This document shows positions 1 to 6,146 of a stretch of 32,000 bases of DNA, one piece after another. The notes below the pieces were generated by a model that did not search any database, was not told where the DNA came from, and was given only the letters and a program-made list of their open reading frames with translations. The DNA comes from Feifaniaceae bacterium. GTDB lineage: Bacteria; Bacillota; Clostridia; Oscillospirales; Feifaniaceae. The DNA lies in contig JAZQEF010000018.1 of assembly GCA_045538835.1 (NCBI GenBank), positions 320,659-352,658 on the forward strand, in the 5' to 3' direction. Numbering within the stretch: position 1 is the stretch's first letter; each line of letters begins with the position of its first letter. A program made the position numbers and the translations under genes.

Positions 1-1225
1 CACATATCGGGAACGCCCATAGACAGTCTGTAATCAAAACCCACACCGCCGTCTTCGATAGGCAGGCACATACCCGGCATTGCAGACATATCTTCTGCTA
101 TGGTTATTGCTTTCGGATTTACCTCACGGATAAGTTCATTTGCAAGCTGCAGATATGTGATTGCTTCTGTATCTGTGTTGAGTGAAAAATACTTACCGTA
201 ATCGGTAAATGCCGCACCAAGACCGTGATCGTGATATATCATTGATGTGACACCGTCAAAACGGAAACCGTCAAAATGATACTCCGTCATCCAGAACTTG
301 AGATTTGAGAGCAAAAAGTGTATGACTTCATTTTTGTTATAGTTGAATAGTTTTGTATCCCATGCAGGATGTTCACCCCTCGGACCTACATGGAAAAACT
401 GGTAGTCTGTTCCGTCAAACTCATTTATTCCCTCAAGCGTATTCTTGACCGCATGGGAATGTACCACATCAAGCAGGACTGCAATTCCCATGCCGTGCGC
501 CGTATCGATAAGACGCTTTAAGTCCTGCGGCATACCGTATCTTGAAGAAGCGGCAAAAAATGATGACACCTGATACCCGAAAGAACCGTAATACGGATGT
601 TCCATGACCGCCATTATCTGTATGGTATTGTAACCGAGTGCCTTTATGCGCGGCAAAATATTGTCCGTAAACTCGTTATATGTACCGACACCCTCTTTTT
701 CCTGCGCCATACCTATGTGACATTCATATATAAACAGTTTTTTTGGCGGCGTAAACTTCTTTTTCTTCCATTTATAAGGTTTCTCGTCTAAAATCTCAGC
801 AGTCCACACATAGTTTACAGGATCCTGAACGACACGGCGTGCATATAGAGGTATCCTCTCCATTCTCCTGCCGTCTCTTTCAACTACGGTCTTTACCTTG
901 CAGCCGCCGTAAAGGCTGTTTTCACCCTGCAAATATATCTCATAAACACCGTTTCCGATATTTCTTAGAGGCAGTGATGTAGGATCCCATCCATTCATAT
1001 CGCCCATTATGTAAACGGCATCTGCACCGGGTGCCCATTCACGGTAATACCACCCGTCACCACTCTTATGAAAGCCAAAATACTCGTGTCCGTTTGCAAA
1101 ATCGAGAAGTGATGAATCCTCACCGACAAGTTCTCTTTTTTTATTGTTATAGTTGATTATCCGCTGGTCGATATCCGCCTCATAAGGCGTCAGATATGTA
1201 TCATATTCAAATATCCTGTATGGCA
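1..1225 (-). CDS. glgB: 1,4-alpha-glucan branching enzyme, GH13 (N-terminal ~408 aa; gene runs off the left edge)
   Basis: Absent from the ORF track because it is edge-truncated. My minus-strand translation from ATG (1225-1223) reads MPYRIFEYDTYL...CHIGMAQEKEGVGTYNEF..LPRIKALGYNTIQIMAVMEHPYYGSFGYQVSSFFAASSRYG..IAVLLDVVHSHA..FDGFRFDGVTSM. These are the conserved GH13 blocks of eukaryote-type branching enzymes. The frame stays open to position 1. Confidence 0.9.
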
Positions 1226-1313
1226 TAACTTTATCCTCACTTAGATAAATTCTTTAATTATATTATATCATATTATACCGACTTATCAATAATATGATTT
1301 CTCTCTTTTACGA

Positions 1314-1343
1314 CAAAAAAATCCTCCGTTTTTACGGAGGATT
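1314..1343 (-). terminator. Rho-independent terminator after hpf
   Basis: Hairpin atcctccgt/ttt/tacggaggat (1321-1343). On the minus strand it is followed by a T-run (the plus-strand A-run at 1314-1320). Confidence 0.65.
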
Positions 1344-1350
1344 ATCTGTT

Positions 1351-1872
1351 TTATTCTTCGGGGATCAGGAGGCCGTAGTTGCCGTCCCTTCTCTTATATA
1401 CGACATTGATCTCGCCGCTCTCTGCATCTCTGAACATAAAGAACTCATGTCCTATCATCTCCATCTGCAGCACTGCTTCATCGGGAGTCATAACGCCTAC
1501 ATAGAAAGTTTTTCTCTTAACAAGTTCGGGAGTTTTTGTTTCCTCTTCCTTGGGATCGAAGAACTCTTCGGGAACAGGAACTTTAAACTTCTTGTCAAGT
1601 TTCTTCTTATTCTTGACAATCTGCCTTGTCAGCACATCCATAACCATGTCAAACGACACAATTCTGTCATGGCTTGTCTTTTCCGCACGGAAAAACATAC
1701 CTGATGTCTTTATTGTGATTTCAACTGTCTCGTCAGGCGTGTTATTGCTTACAACAACTGTTGCAACAGCGTCGTTTTCAAAGAACTTGTCAAGTTTGGC
1801 AAGTTTTTTGTCAGCATATTCTTTGAAACTGTCTCTTACTGTTGTCTTTCTGCCGATGTACTTTGTTGTCAT
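1351..1872 (-). CDS. hpf: Ribosome hibernation promoting factor, long form
   Basis: MTTKYIGRKTTVRDSFKEYADKKLAKLDKFF...EITIKTSGMFFRAEKTSHD.. and a C-terminal dimerisation-type tail ..MTPDEAVLQMEMIGHEFFMFRDAESGEINVVYKRRDGNYGLL. I chose the ATG at 1872, with AAGGAG 8 nt upstream, over the track's GTG at 1881. Confidence 0.9.
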   Translation of the reverse strand: MTTKYIGRKTTVRDSFKEYADKKLAKLDKFFENDAVATVVVSNNTPDETVEITIKTSGMFFRAEKTSHDRIVSFDMVMDVLTRQIVKNKKKLDKKFKVPVPEEFFDPKEEETKTPELVKRKTFYVGVMTPDEAVLQMEMIGHEFFMFRDAESGEINVVYKRRDGNYGLLIPEE

Positions 1873-2024
1873 ACTAAACACTCCTTTTGTCGGGCATTAT
1901 CTTGGTCGCCCTTCTTGATTTGATTATACCACAACATATAGTCAAACACAACAAAAACTATCGACTTTTTTCGCACTTTTTGTGCACATTTGTAAAGAGG
2001 ATGACAAGCCGCCATCCTCTTTAC

Positions 2025-3242
2025 TTATATTTCACCCTCGATAAGATGCTTCATCATAAGACAACCTTTGGGTATGTAGAGCCCTGTCTTTTCCGCCTCA
2101 TTTTCCGAATAGAGCGGAGCGTGCGGCAAAAGTTCCTTATCACTTCTGTAAAGCACAAACGGAATCGGATCTGACACATGTGTCATCTTAGATATCGGAG
2201 TCGGATGGTCGGGCGCAAGAAGAATTGAATACTCCTCACCGTCTGCCTTAAGTCCTTCGATAACTCTGCCGAGTATCTCCTTATCTATCATCTCAATAGA
2301 ATATATTTTGTTCTTCACGTCTCCGTGATGTCCACATTCATCGGGCGCTTCAACATGGATATAGACCATATCATAACCTTCGCGAAGGAGTTGTAATGCC
2401 GCATCTGCCTTACCTGCAAAGTTAGTATCATAGTTTCCTGTTGCGCCTTTAACATCAACACTCTTAAGTCCTGCGCAAATTGCAATGCCTTTTATAAGGT
2501 CAACTGCTGAAATGGCGCTTCCCTTTACACCGTACAGTTCTTCAAAATTACCTAAAGCAGGTCTTGTGCCCTCACCCCAGAACCAGCAGGAATCTGCAGT
2601 ATTTTTACCCATTTCCCTGCGCCTCACATTTACAGGGTGGTTACGCAAAAGTTCTCTCGAACGCTTCATAATATTAAGGAGTAGTTCTCCGTATCTGCCG
2701 TCAGGTAAATGCTCCTTTACGGGCTTGCCTGTTATGTCGTGAGGCGGCGTAAGTTTAGTTCCTATCTCAGCCTTATTCATAACAAGGCAATGACGGTAAC
2801 TTATACCGGGATACAGATGTATATTTTCTGTATTTAAATGCTCCGCAAGATAATTTATAAGTTCGGTCGATTCGGCAGTCGATATCTCTCCCGCCGAGTA
2901 GTCTTTCATCGAGAGTTCTTCGTAATCCCCCTCACCACCGAGACTTACAAGATTACAGCGAAGCGCAATATCATCATTTTTAAGGTCAATACCCATACTT
3001 ACCGCCTCAAGAGGCGATCTGCCGCTGTAATATATCTCGGGATCATATCCCATAACAGAGAGATTTGCCGTATCGGATCCGGGAGGCATACCCTCAGGCA
3101 CGGTCTTGCACTTTCCCACCGCACCGTGTGCAGCAAGATAATCCATATTCGGCTTATCTGCAACTTCAAGCGGTGTTTTACCTCCAAGTTCGGGGACGGG
3201 GTAATCCGCCATACCGTCACCCAGCATAACTATGTACTTCAT
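2025..3242 (-). CDS. apgM: Cofactor-independent phosphoglycerate mutase, archaeal/ApgM type (metalloenzyme superfamily)
   Basis: MKYIVMLGDGMADYPVPELGGKTPLEVADKPNMDYLA..PPGSDTANLSVMGYDP..HVEAPDECGHHGD..LLAPDHPTP. The start is moved to the ATG at 3242 because the track's upstream extension (to 3296) overlaps tRNA-Arg. Confidence 0.85.
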   Translation of the reverse strand: MKYIVMLGDGMADYPVPELGGKTPLEVADKPNMDYLAAHGAVGKCKTVPEGMPPGSDTANLSVMGYDPEIYYSGRSPLEAVSMGIDLKNDDIALRCNLVSLGGEGDYEELSMKDYSAGEISTAESTELINYLAEHLNTENIHLYPGISYRHCLVMNKAEIGTKLTPPHDITGKPVKEHLPDGRYGELLLNIMKRSRELLRNHPVNVRRREMGKNTADSCWFWGEGTRPALGNFEELYGVKGSAISAVDLIKGIAICAGLKSVDVKGATGNYDTNFAGKADAALQLLREGYDMVYIHVEAPDECGHHGDVKNKIYSIEMIDKEILGRVIEGLKADGEEYSILLAPDHPTPISKMTHVSDPIPFVLYRSDKELLPHAPLYSENEAEKTGLYIPKGCLMMKHLIEGEI

Positions 3243-3268
3243 TTCTTTTTCCTCGCAAATGGATTTAT

Positions 3269-3345
3269 TGGTACGCCTGATGCGATTCGAACGCACGGCA
3301 CTTGGCGTCGGAGGCCAATGCTCTATCCAGCTGAGCTACAGGCGC
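3269..3345 (-). tRNA. tRNA-Arg (anticodon CCG)
   Basis: The reverse complement GCGCCTGTAGCTCAGCTGGATAGAGCATTGGCCTCCGACGCCAAGTGCCGTGCGTTCGAATCGCATCAGGCGTACCA folds as a cloverleaf. The anticodon stem is TTGGC/GCCAA, the loop is CTCCGAC, a GTTCGAATC T-loop is present, and CCA is encoded. Confidence 0.9.
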
Positions 3346-3393
3346 ATGTATCTCTATTATAATAAACCAATTTCAAGAAAAAGAAAAGAGTAA

Positions 3394-3421
3394 TTGCAAT
3401 AATTTTATTTTATGTTAGAAT
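3394..3421 (+). promoter_or_regulatory. Putative sigma-A promoter for the DivIVA-like gene
   Basis: TTGCAA (3394-3399), a 16-nt spacer ending in TGt, then TAGAAT (3416-3421). This is an extended -10 arrangement about 30 nt upstream of the start codon. Confidence 0.4.
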
Positions 3422-3451
3422 AGATATATAAATATGATTGGAGAAAACAAA

Positions 3452-3769
3452 ATGTCATCAAATGCTTTCCGTCGTTCACTCAGCGGCTTTAATCGCAAAG
3501 ACGTAGTTGAATATATCGCTGTTTTAAGCAAACGTCTTGATTCATCCGCATCGAAGTATAATGAATTAAAGAAAAAATATGACGAACTTGCAAATAAAGA
3601 CATTGTTGATACAGATGTTTTAAATGCAAAGATTTCCTCTCTCAAATCAGAAAATGACGAACTTCGCAAAGCCCTCAGCGAACTTGAGGAAGAGGCTTCA
3701 ACCTTACGTTTCAAAGTGGAAACTGCAAGAATAAAGCTTGCTGAAGCAGAGAAAAAACTATCAAAATAA
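3452..3769 (+). CDS. DivIVA-domain coiled-coil protein
   Basis: MSSNAFRRSLSGFNRKDVVEYIAVLSKRL has the F-x-x-x-x-x-G-(F/Y)-N-x-x-(D/E)-V-x-x-(Y/F) signature of DivIVA N-terminal domains. A heptad-rich Glu/Lys coiled coil follows. GGAGAA RBS precedes the ATG at 3452. Confidence 0.7.
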   Translation: MSSNAFRRSLSGFNRKDVVEYIAVLSKRLDSSASKYNELKKKYDELANKDIVDTDVLNAKISSLKSENDELRKALSELEEEASTLRFKVETARIKLAEAEKKLSK

Positions 3770-3793
3770 ACGGCGGAAAATTTTCCGCCGTTT
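3768..3793. terminator. Bidirectional terminator between convergent genes
   Basis: Perfect palindrome aaacggcggaaaa/ttttccgccgttt with A/T runs on both sides. Confidence 0.8.
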
Positions 3794-3795
3794 AT

Positions 3796-4545
3796 TTATA
3801 TCAATTCAAGATGTTTCATTGCAAGATAAATGCCGTCATTTTCCACCCTTTGCGTCACATAGTCGGCATACTTGTCAACGCTCGGGCACTTGCCCATCGT
3901 TACGGCGTATCCTGCCGCATGTATCATTGCAAGGTCATTTGCCGAATCGCCGAATGCGATACAGTCGTCAAGCGTAAGCCCGTAGTGCTTAGCAACTACT
4001 TCCATTCCCGTTGCTTTTGAATAACCTTTAGGAACATTTTCGTATATATTTTCGCCTTCACGGTCGATCACTTCAAAATGCTCACCGACATATTGCAATA
4101 TTTCATCATCGACATTGACATAATACATTGCGAATTTGTCAAAAACAAAGTCATCTGCATATATGTCTATCGCATCTCCGTTATTTAAATCTGTTGTTAT
4201 ACCGTCAACACATTTTATGGTGCGTTTTGAAGCTTCGAACATACAGGAAATATTTTTTTCGATAAGTTTTTTTGCCAATTCAAGACAGAATTCATGCGGC
4301 AGGGCATTGTGTGAAACTGACTTTCCCTCAATGATAACTTCCGTACCGCAACCGCAGACATATCCGTCAAAACCGATCTTACGGTGAACATCTCTGATAA
4401 AAGAGTTGCATCTGCCTGTATTTATAAATGCCTTATGCCCGTTTTCCCTCGCCTGTTTTATCGCATCATATGTACTCTGCGCAATATAATGGCTGCCGTC
4501 GTCAGTCATAAGCGTGCCATCTATGTCAAAAAACAGAAGTTTCAT
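3796..4545 (-). CDS. Cof-type HAD-IIB family hydrolase (sugar-phosphatase-like)
   Basis: MKLLFFDIDGTLM (HAD motif I), ..INTGR.. (motif II), ..AFGDSANDLAMI (motif IV), with a cap insert of Cof type. Confidence 0.85.
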   Translation of the reverse strand: MKLLFFDIDGTLMTDDGSHYIAQSTYDAIKQARENGHKAFINTGRCNSFIRDVHRKIGFDGYVCGCGTEVIIEGKSVSHNALPHEFCLELAKKLIEKNISCMFEASKRTIKCVDGITTDLNNGDAIDIYADDFVFDKFAMYYVNVDDEILQYVGEHFEVIDREGENIYENVPKGYSKATGMEVVAKHYGLTLDDCIAFGDSANDLAMIHAAGYAVTMGKCPSVDKYADYVTQRVENDGIYLAMKHLELI

Positions 4546-4550
4546 TATAT

Positions 4551-4574
4551 AATCCTCCTTTTATACGGAGGATT
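4551..4574 (-). promoter_or_regulatory. Hairpin that contains the Shine-Dalgarno of the HAD gene; may also terminate the upstream gene
   Basis: aatcctcc/ttttatac/ggaggatt. On the minus strand the 3' arm is the AAGGAGG RBS, 8 nt before the ATG at 4545. No U-tract follows. Confidence 0.4.
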
Positions 4575-4601
4575 ATATAACATTTTTTCTTCTTTTACAA
4601 G

Positions 4602-5033
4602 TTACATAAGGACTTTACAGCCAAAAGACGATGCAAGTGTGCTTTCGATGCTCTTTGATATGTCATTATCCGTTCCGACTATTGCCGCAGTACAGCCATA
4701 CTTCTTGCAAAGATCATCAAGTTTGTAGACCGCTTCATCAGACAGGCTCTTCCCAACATATATAGTTGAAACACCGCTTCGTGTACAAGATAATAACGTC
4801 TCATAGTTTCCGTTTTCCACGATACAGACATCCGGTTTAGTCACAGCCAGAACAACATCGCAGAAATGCTCATCGCAAACCTGAACATCTTTGCCTACAT
4901 GCTGTTTTATCTCGTCCAGTTTTTCTCTGTTTCCAAGCGCCGCAACCACATCGTATCCGTCGAGTTGAAGTTTTCGCAATGTGTCATATGAAGATTCATT
5001 GCATCCCAACTGAACAACTTTTCCCTTTCCCAT
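4602..5033 (-). CDS. Hypothetical cytoplasmic protein (143 aa), family not recognised
   Basis: ORF with GAGGTG RBS 6 nt before the ATG at 5033 (the track start at 5042 is a GTG inside the RBS). MGKGKVVQLGCNESSYDTLRKLQLDGYDVV.. No motif I can name. Confidence 0.55.
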   Translation of the reverse strand: MGKGKVVQLGCNESSYDTLRKLQLDGYDVVAALGNREKLDEIKQHVGKDVQVCDEHFCDVVLAVTKPDVCIVENGNYETLLSCTRSGVSTIYVGKSLSDEAVYKLDDLCKKYGCTAAIVGTDNDISKSIESTLASSFGCKVLM

Positions 5034-5066
5034 AAAAATCACCTCAAAGTGAGAATATCCAAACCC

Positions 5067-5095
5067 TTGACAAATTATACTAAAGTTGTTATTAT
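5067..5095 (+). promoter_or_regulatory. Putative sigma-A promoter of tRNA-Ser
   Basis: TTGACA (5067-5072), a 17-nt spacer, then TATTAT (5090-5095), about 15 nt upstream of the tRNA 5' end. Confidence 0.55.
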
Positions 5096-5110
5096 ATTAA
5101 GGTCCGATAC

Positions 5111-5202
5111 GGAGATGTCGCGTAGTTGGTCGAGCGCGCACGATTGGAAATCGTGTAACCGTCAAAAGCGGTTCGAGGGTTCGAATCTCTCCATCTCCGC
5201 CA
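5111..5202 (+). tRNA. tRNA-Ser (anticodon GGA), long variable arm
   Basis: GGAGATGTCGCGTAGTTGGTCGAGCGCGCACGATTGGAAATCGTGTAACCGTCAAAAGCGGTTCGAGGGTTCGAATCTCTCCATCTCCGCCA. The acceptor stem is GGAGATG/CATCTCC, the anticodon stem is CACGA/TCGTG, and the loop is TTGGAAA. A class II variable arm is present and CCA is encoded. Confidence 0.92.
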
Positions 5203-5207
5203 TAAAA
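5186..5207 (+). repeat. attL-like copy of the 22-bp direct repeat (within intact tRNA-Ser)
   Basis: TCTCTCCATCTCCGCCATAAAA, identical to 15739-15760. The flanking bases differ on both sides. Confidence 0.85.
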
Positions 5208-5252
5208 TAACCTCTAAGCCCCTATTCATAAGGGTTTCGGGGTTATTTTTTT
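5207..5252 (+). terminator. Island-encoded replacement terminator for tRNA-Ser
   Basis: A 15-bp stem ataacctctaagccc / gggtttcggggttat (one mismatch, two G-U pairs), followed by a T7 run. Confidence 0.65.
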
Positions 5253-5325
5253 ATTCCTATTCACAACTTTGTCAAAATGAAGAAATGCACAAAAATACAT
5301 AAAATTACGCAAATAATCAAAAAAG

Positions 5326-5347
5326 TAGGGTCAAAATTAGGGTCAAA
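5326..5347 (+). repeat. Tandem 10-bp direct repeat TAGGGTCAAA x2 (2-nt spacer)
   Basis: tagggtcaaa at tagggtcaaa, read directly. It lies about 120 bp inside the left island boundary. Confidence 0.6.
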
Positions 5348-5376
5348 CAAAAAAGTCTCCAAACGGAGACCTTTTT
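5347..5376 (-). terminator. Terminator after the orphan gene fragment
   Basis: Hairpin gtctcc/aaac/ggagac, flanked by an A-run and a T-run (bidirectional shape). Confidence 0.6.
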
Positions 5377-5377
5377 A

Positions 5378-5566
5378 TTATCTATACGGATTATTTTCTG
5401 CCTTCCAGTTCTTGTTGACACTCTGCCACAATATTGCTTTATCTTGTCTTGATAAGCCTGTAAGATTTCGAATTGCCGCCGTAGCCTCTTCTTGAGTATA
5501 AGTTCCATACTTGCCAGATTCTGTAGGTCTGTCGTATTTATCAAGTGCAACTATGCCACCATTTTT
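5378..5566 (-). pseudogene. Start-less C-terminal gene fragment (62 codons plus stop)
   Basis: My own translation of a frame not reported in the track: KNGGIVALDKYDRPTESGKYGTYTQEEATAAIRNLTGLSRQDKAILWQSVNKNWKAENNPYR*. There is an in-frame stop at 5567-5569 and no ATG/GTG/TTG until codon 48. It is bracketed by terminators. Confidence 0.5.
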
Positions 5567-5580
5567 TCAATACCAAAAGC

Positions 5581-5606
5581 AAAAAAAGAACCTCGATTGA
5601 GGTTCC
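5581..5606 (-). terminator. Rho-independent terminator of the 141-aa membrane-protein gene
   Basis: On the minus strand: gaacctc/aatc/gaggttc followed by TTTTTTT. It lies immediately after the stop at 5609-5611. Confidence 0.75.
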
Positions 5607-5608
5607 TT

Positions 5609-6034
5609 TTAAAATACGTTGATGGTTGCTATGTTGCTGATATGTAAGACCATAAGAACAAACACGGCTATATAGGTGGCAGCAAAAGAGACTGTTCCCC
5701 CATAATAGAATTCTTCTTCATACTTTGGATGATAATAACTGTCTAATATCCGTTTATCCTTTCTATGAAGGAAGTAATACAGGCACATCATAAACAGGAA
5801 TACACAAGCAGAAGGAATTAGCCCAATAAACCACCATAACAGGATATACAGGAAGATGGAAGCAATTAGGCTAAGAGGGTCTCCAGTGTTCTGATTATGG
5901 ACGTAGTGAAAATACAGGGTATCGTTAGTAGTGCTGTTCAGAAGAATACAAGCCACGACAACAAAAACCAAGACTAATACAGCCACGGTAATGATAATCT
6001 TGTTCTTTTGGATGCTTCTTTCTTCGTCAGTCAT
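5609..6034 (-). CDS. Orphan small integral membrane protein (141 aa, about 4 predicted TM helices)
   Basis: AAGGAG RBS 7 nt before the ATG. Hydrophobic stretches are IIITVAVLVLVFVVVACILL, LSLIASIFLYILLWWFIGLI, PSACVFLFMMCLYYFL and VSFAATYIAVFVLMVLHI. No family recognised. Confidence 0.6.
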   Translation of the reverse strand: MTDEERSIQKNKIIITVAVLVLVFVVVACILLNSTTNDTLYFHYVHNQNTGDPLSLIASIFLYILLWWFIGLIPSACVFLFMMCLYYFLHRKDKRILDSYYHPKYEEEFYYGGTVSFAATYIAVFVLMVLHISNIATINVF

Positions 6035-6062
6035 TTCGATACTCCTTCTTGCTGATAGGATT

Positions 6063-6091
6063 ATTATAGCAGATAGGTCATTATCTTACAA
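6063..6091 (-). promoter_or_regulatory. Putative sigma-A promoter of the 141-aa gene
   Basis: On the minus strand: TTGTAA (6091-6086), a 17-nt spacer, then TATAAT (6068-6063). It sits between the giant-ORF terminator and the RBS. Confidence 0.55.
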
Positions 6092-6110
6092 CATTAAACT
6101 TCTTACGGTA

Positions 6111-6140
6111 ATAAAAGACTCCCTAATTAAAGGGAGTCTT
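6111..6140 (-). terminator. Hairpin terminator after the giant ORF
   Basis: Perfect 10-bp stem aagactccct/agggagtctt with a 6-nt loop, 7 nt after the stop. The U-tract (TTATT) is weak. Confidence 0.55.
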
Positions 6141-6146
6141 TCTCTT

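Noticed and set aside
3243-3296. N-terminal extension of the phosphoglycerate mutase ORF (track start 3296)
   Set aside because: It overlaps tRNA-Arg (3269-3345). The conserved protein starts at MKYIVMLGDG (ATG at 3242).
2838-3362. 174-aa plus-strand ORF spanning the apgM 5' region and tRNA-Arg
   Set aside because: It is antisense to a well-supported CDS and runs through a tRNA. Its composition is not protein-like.
5277-5550. Track ORFs 5277-5495 (+) and 5317-5550 (-)
   Set aside because: Both run through terminator hairpins and the tandem repeats. The only protein-like reading of this DNA is a different, start-less minus-strand frame (5378-5566).
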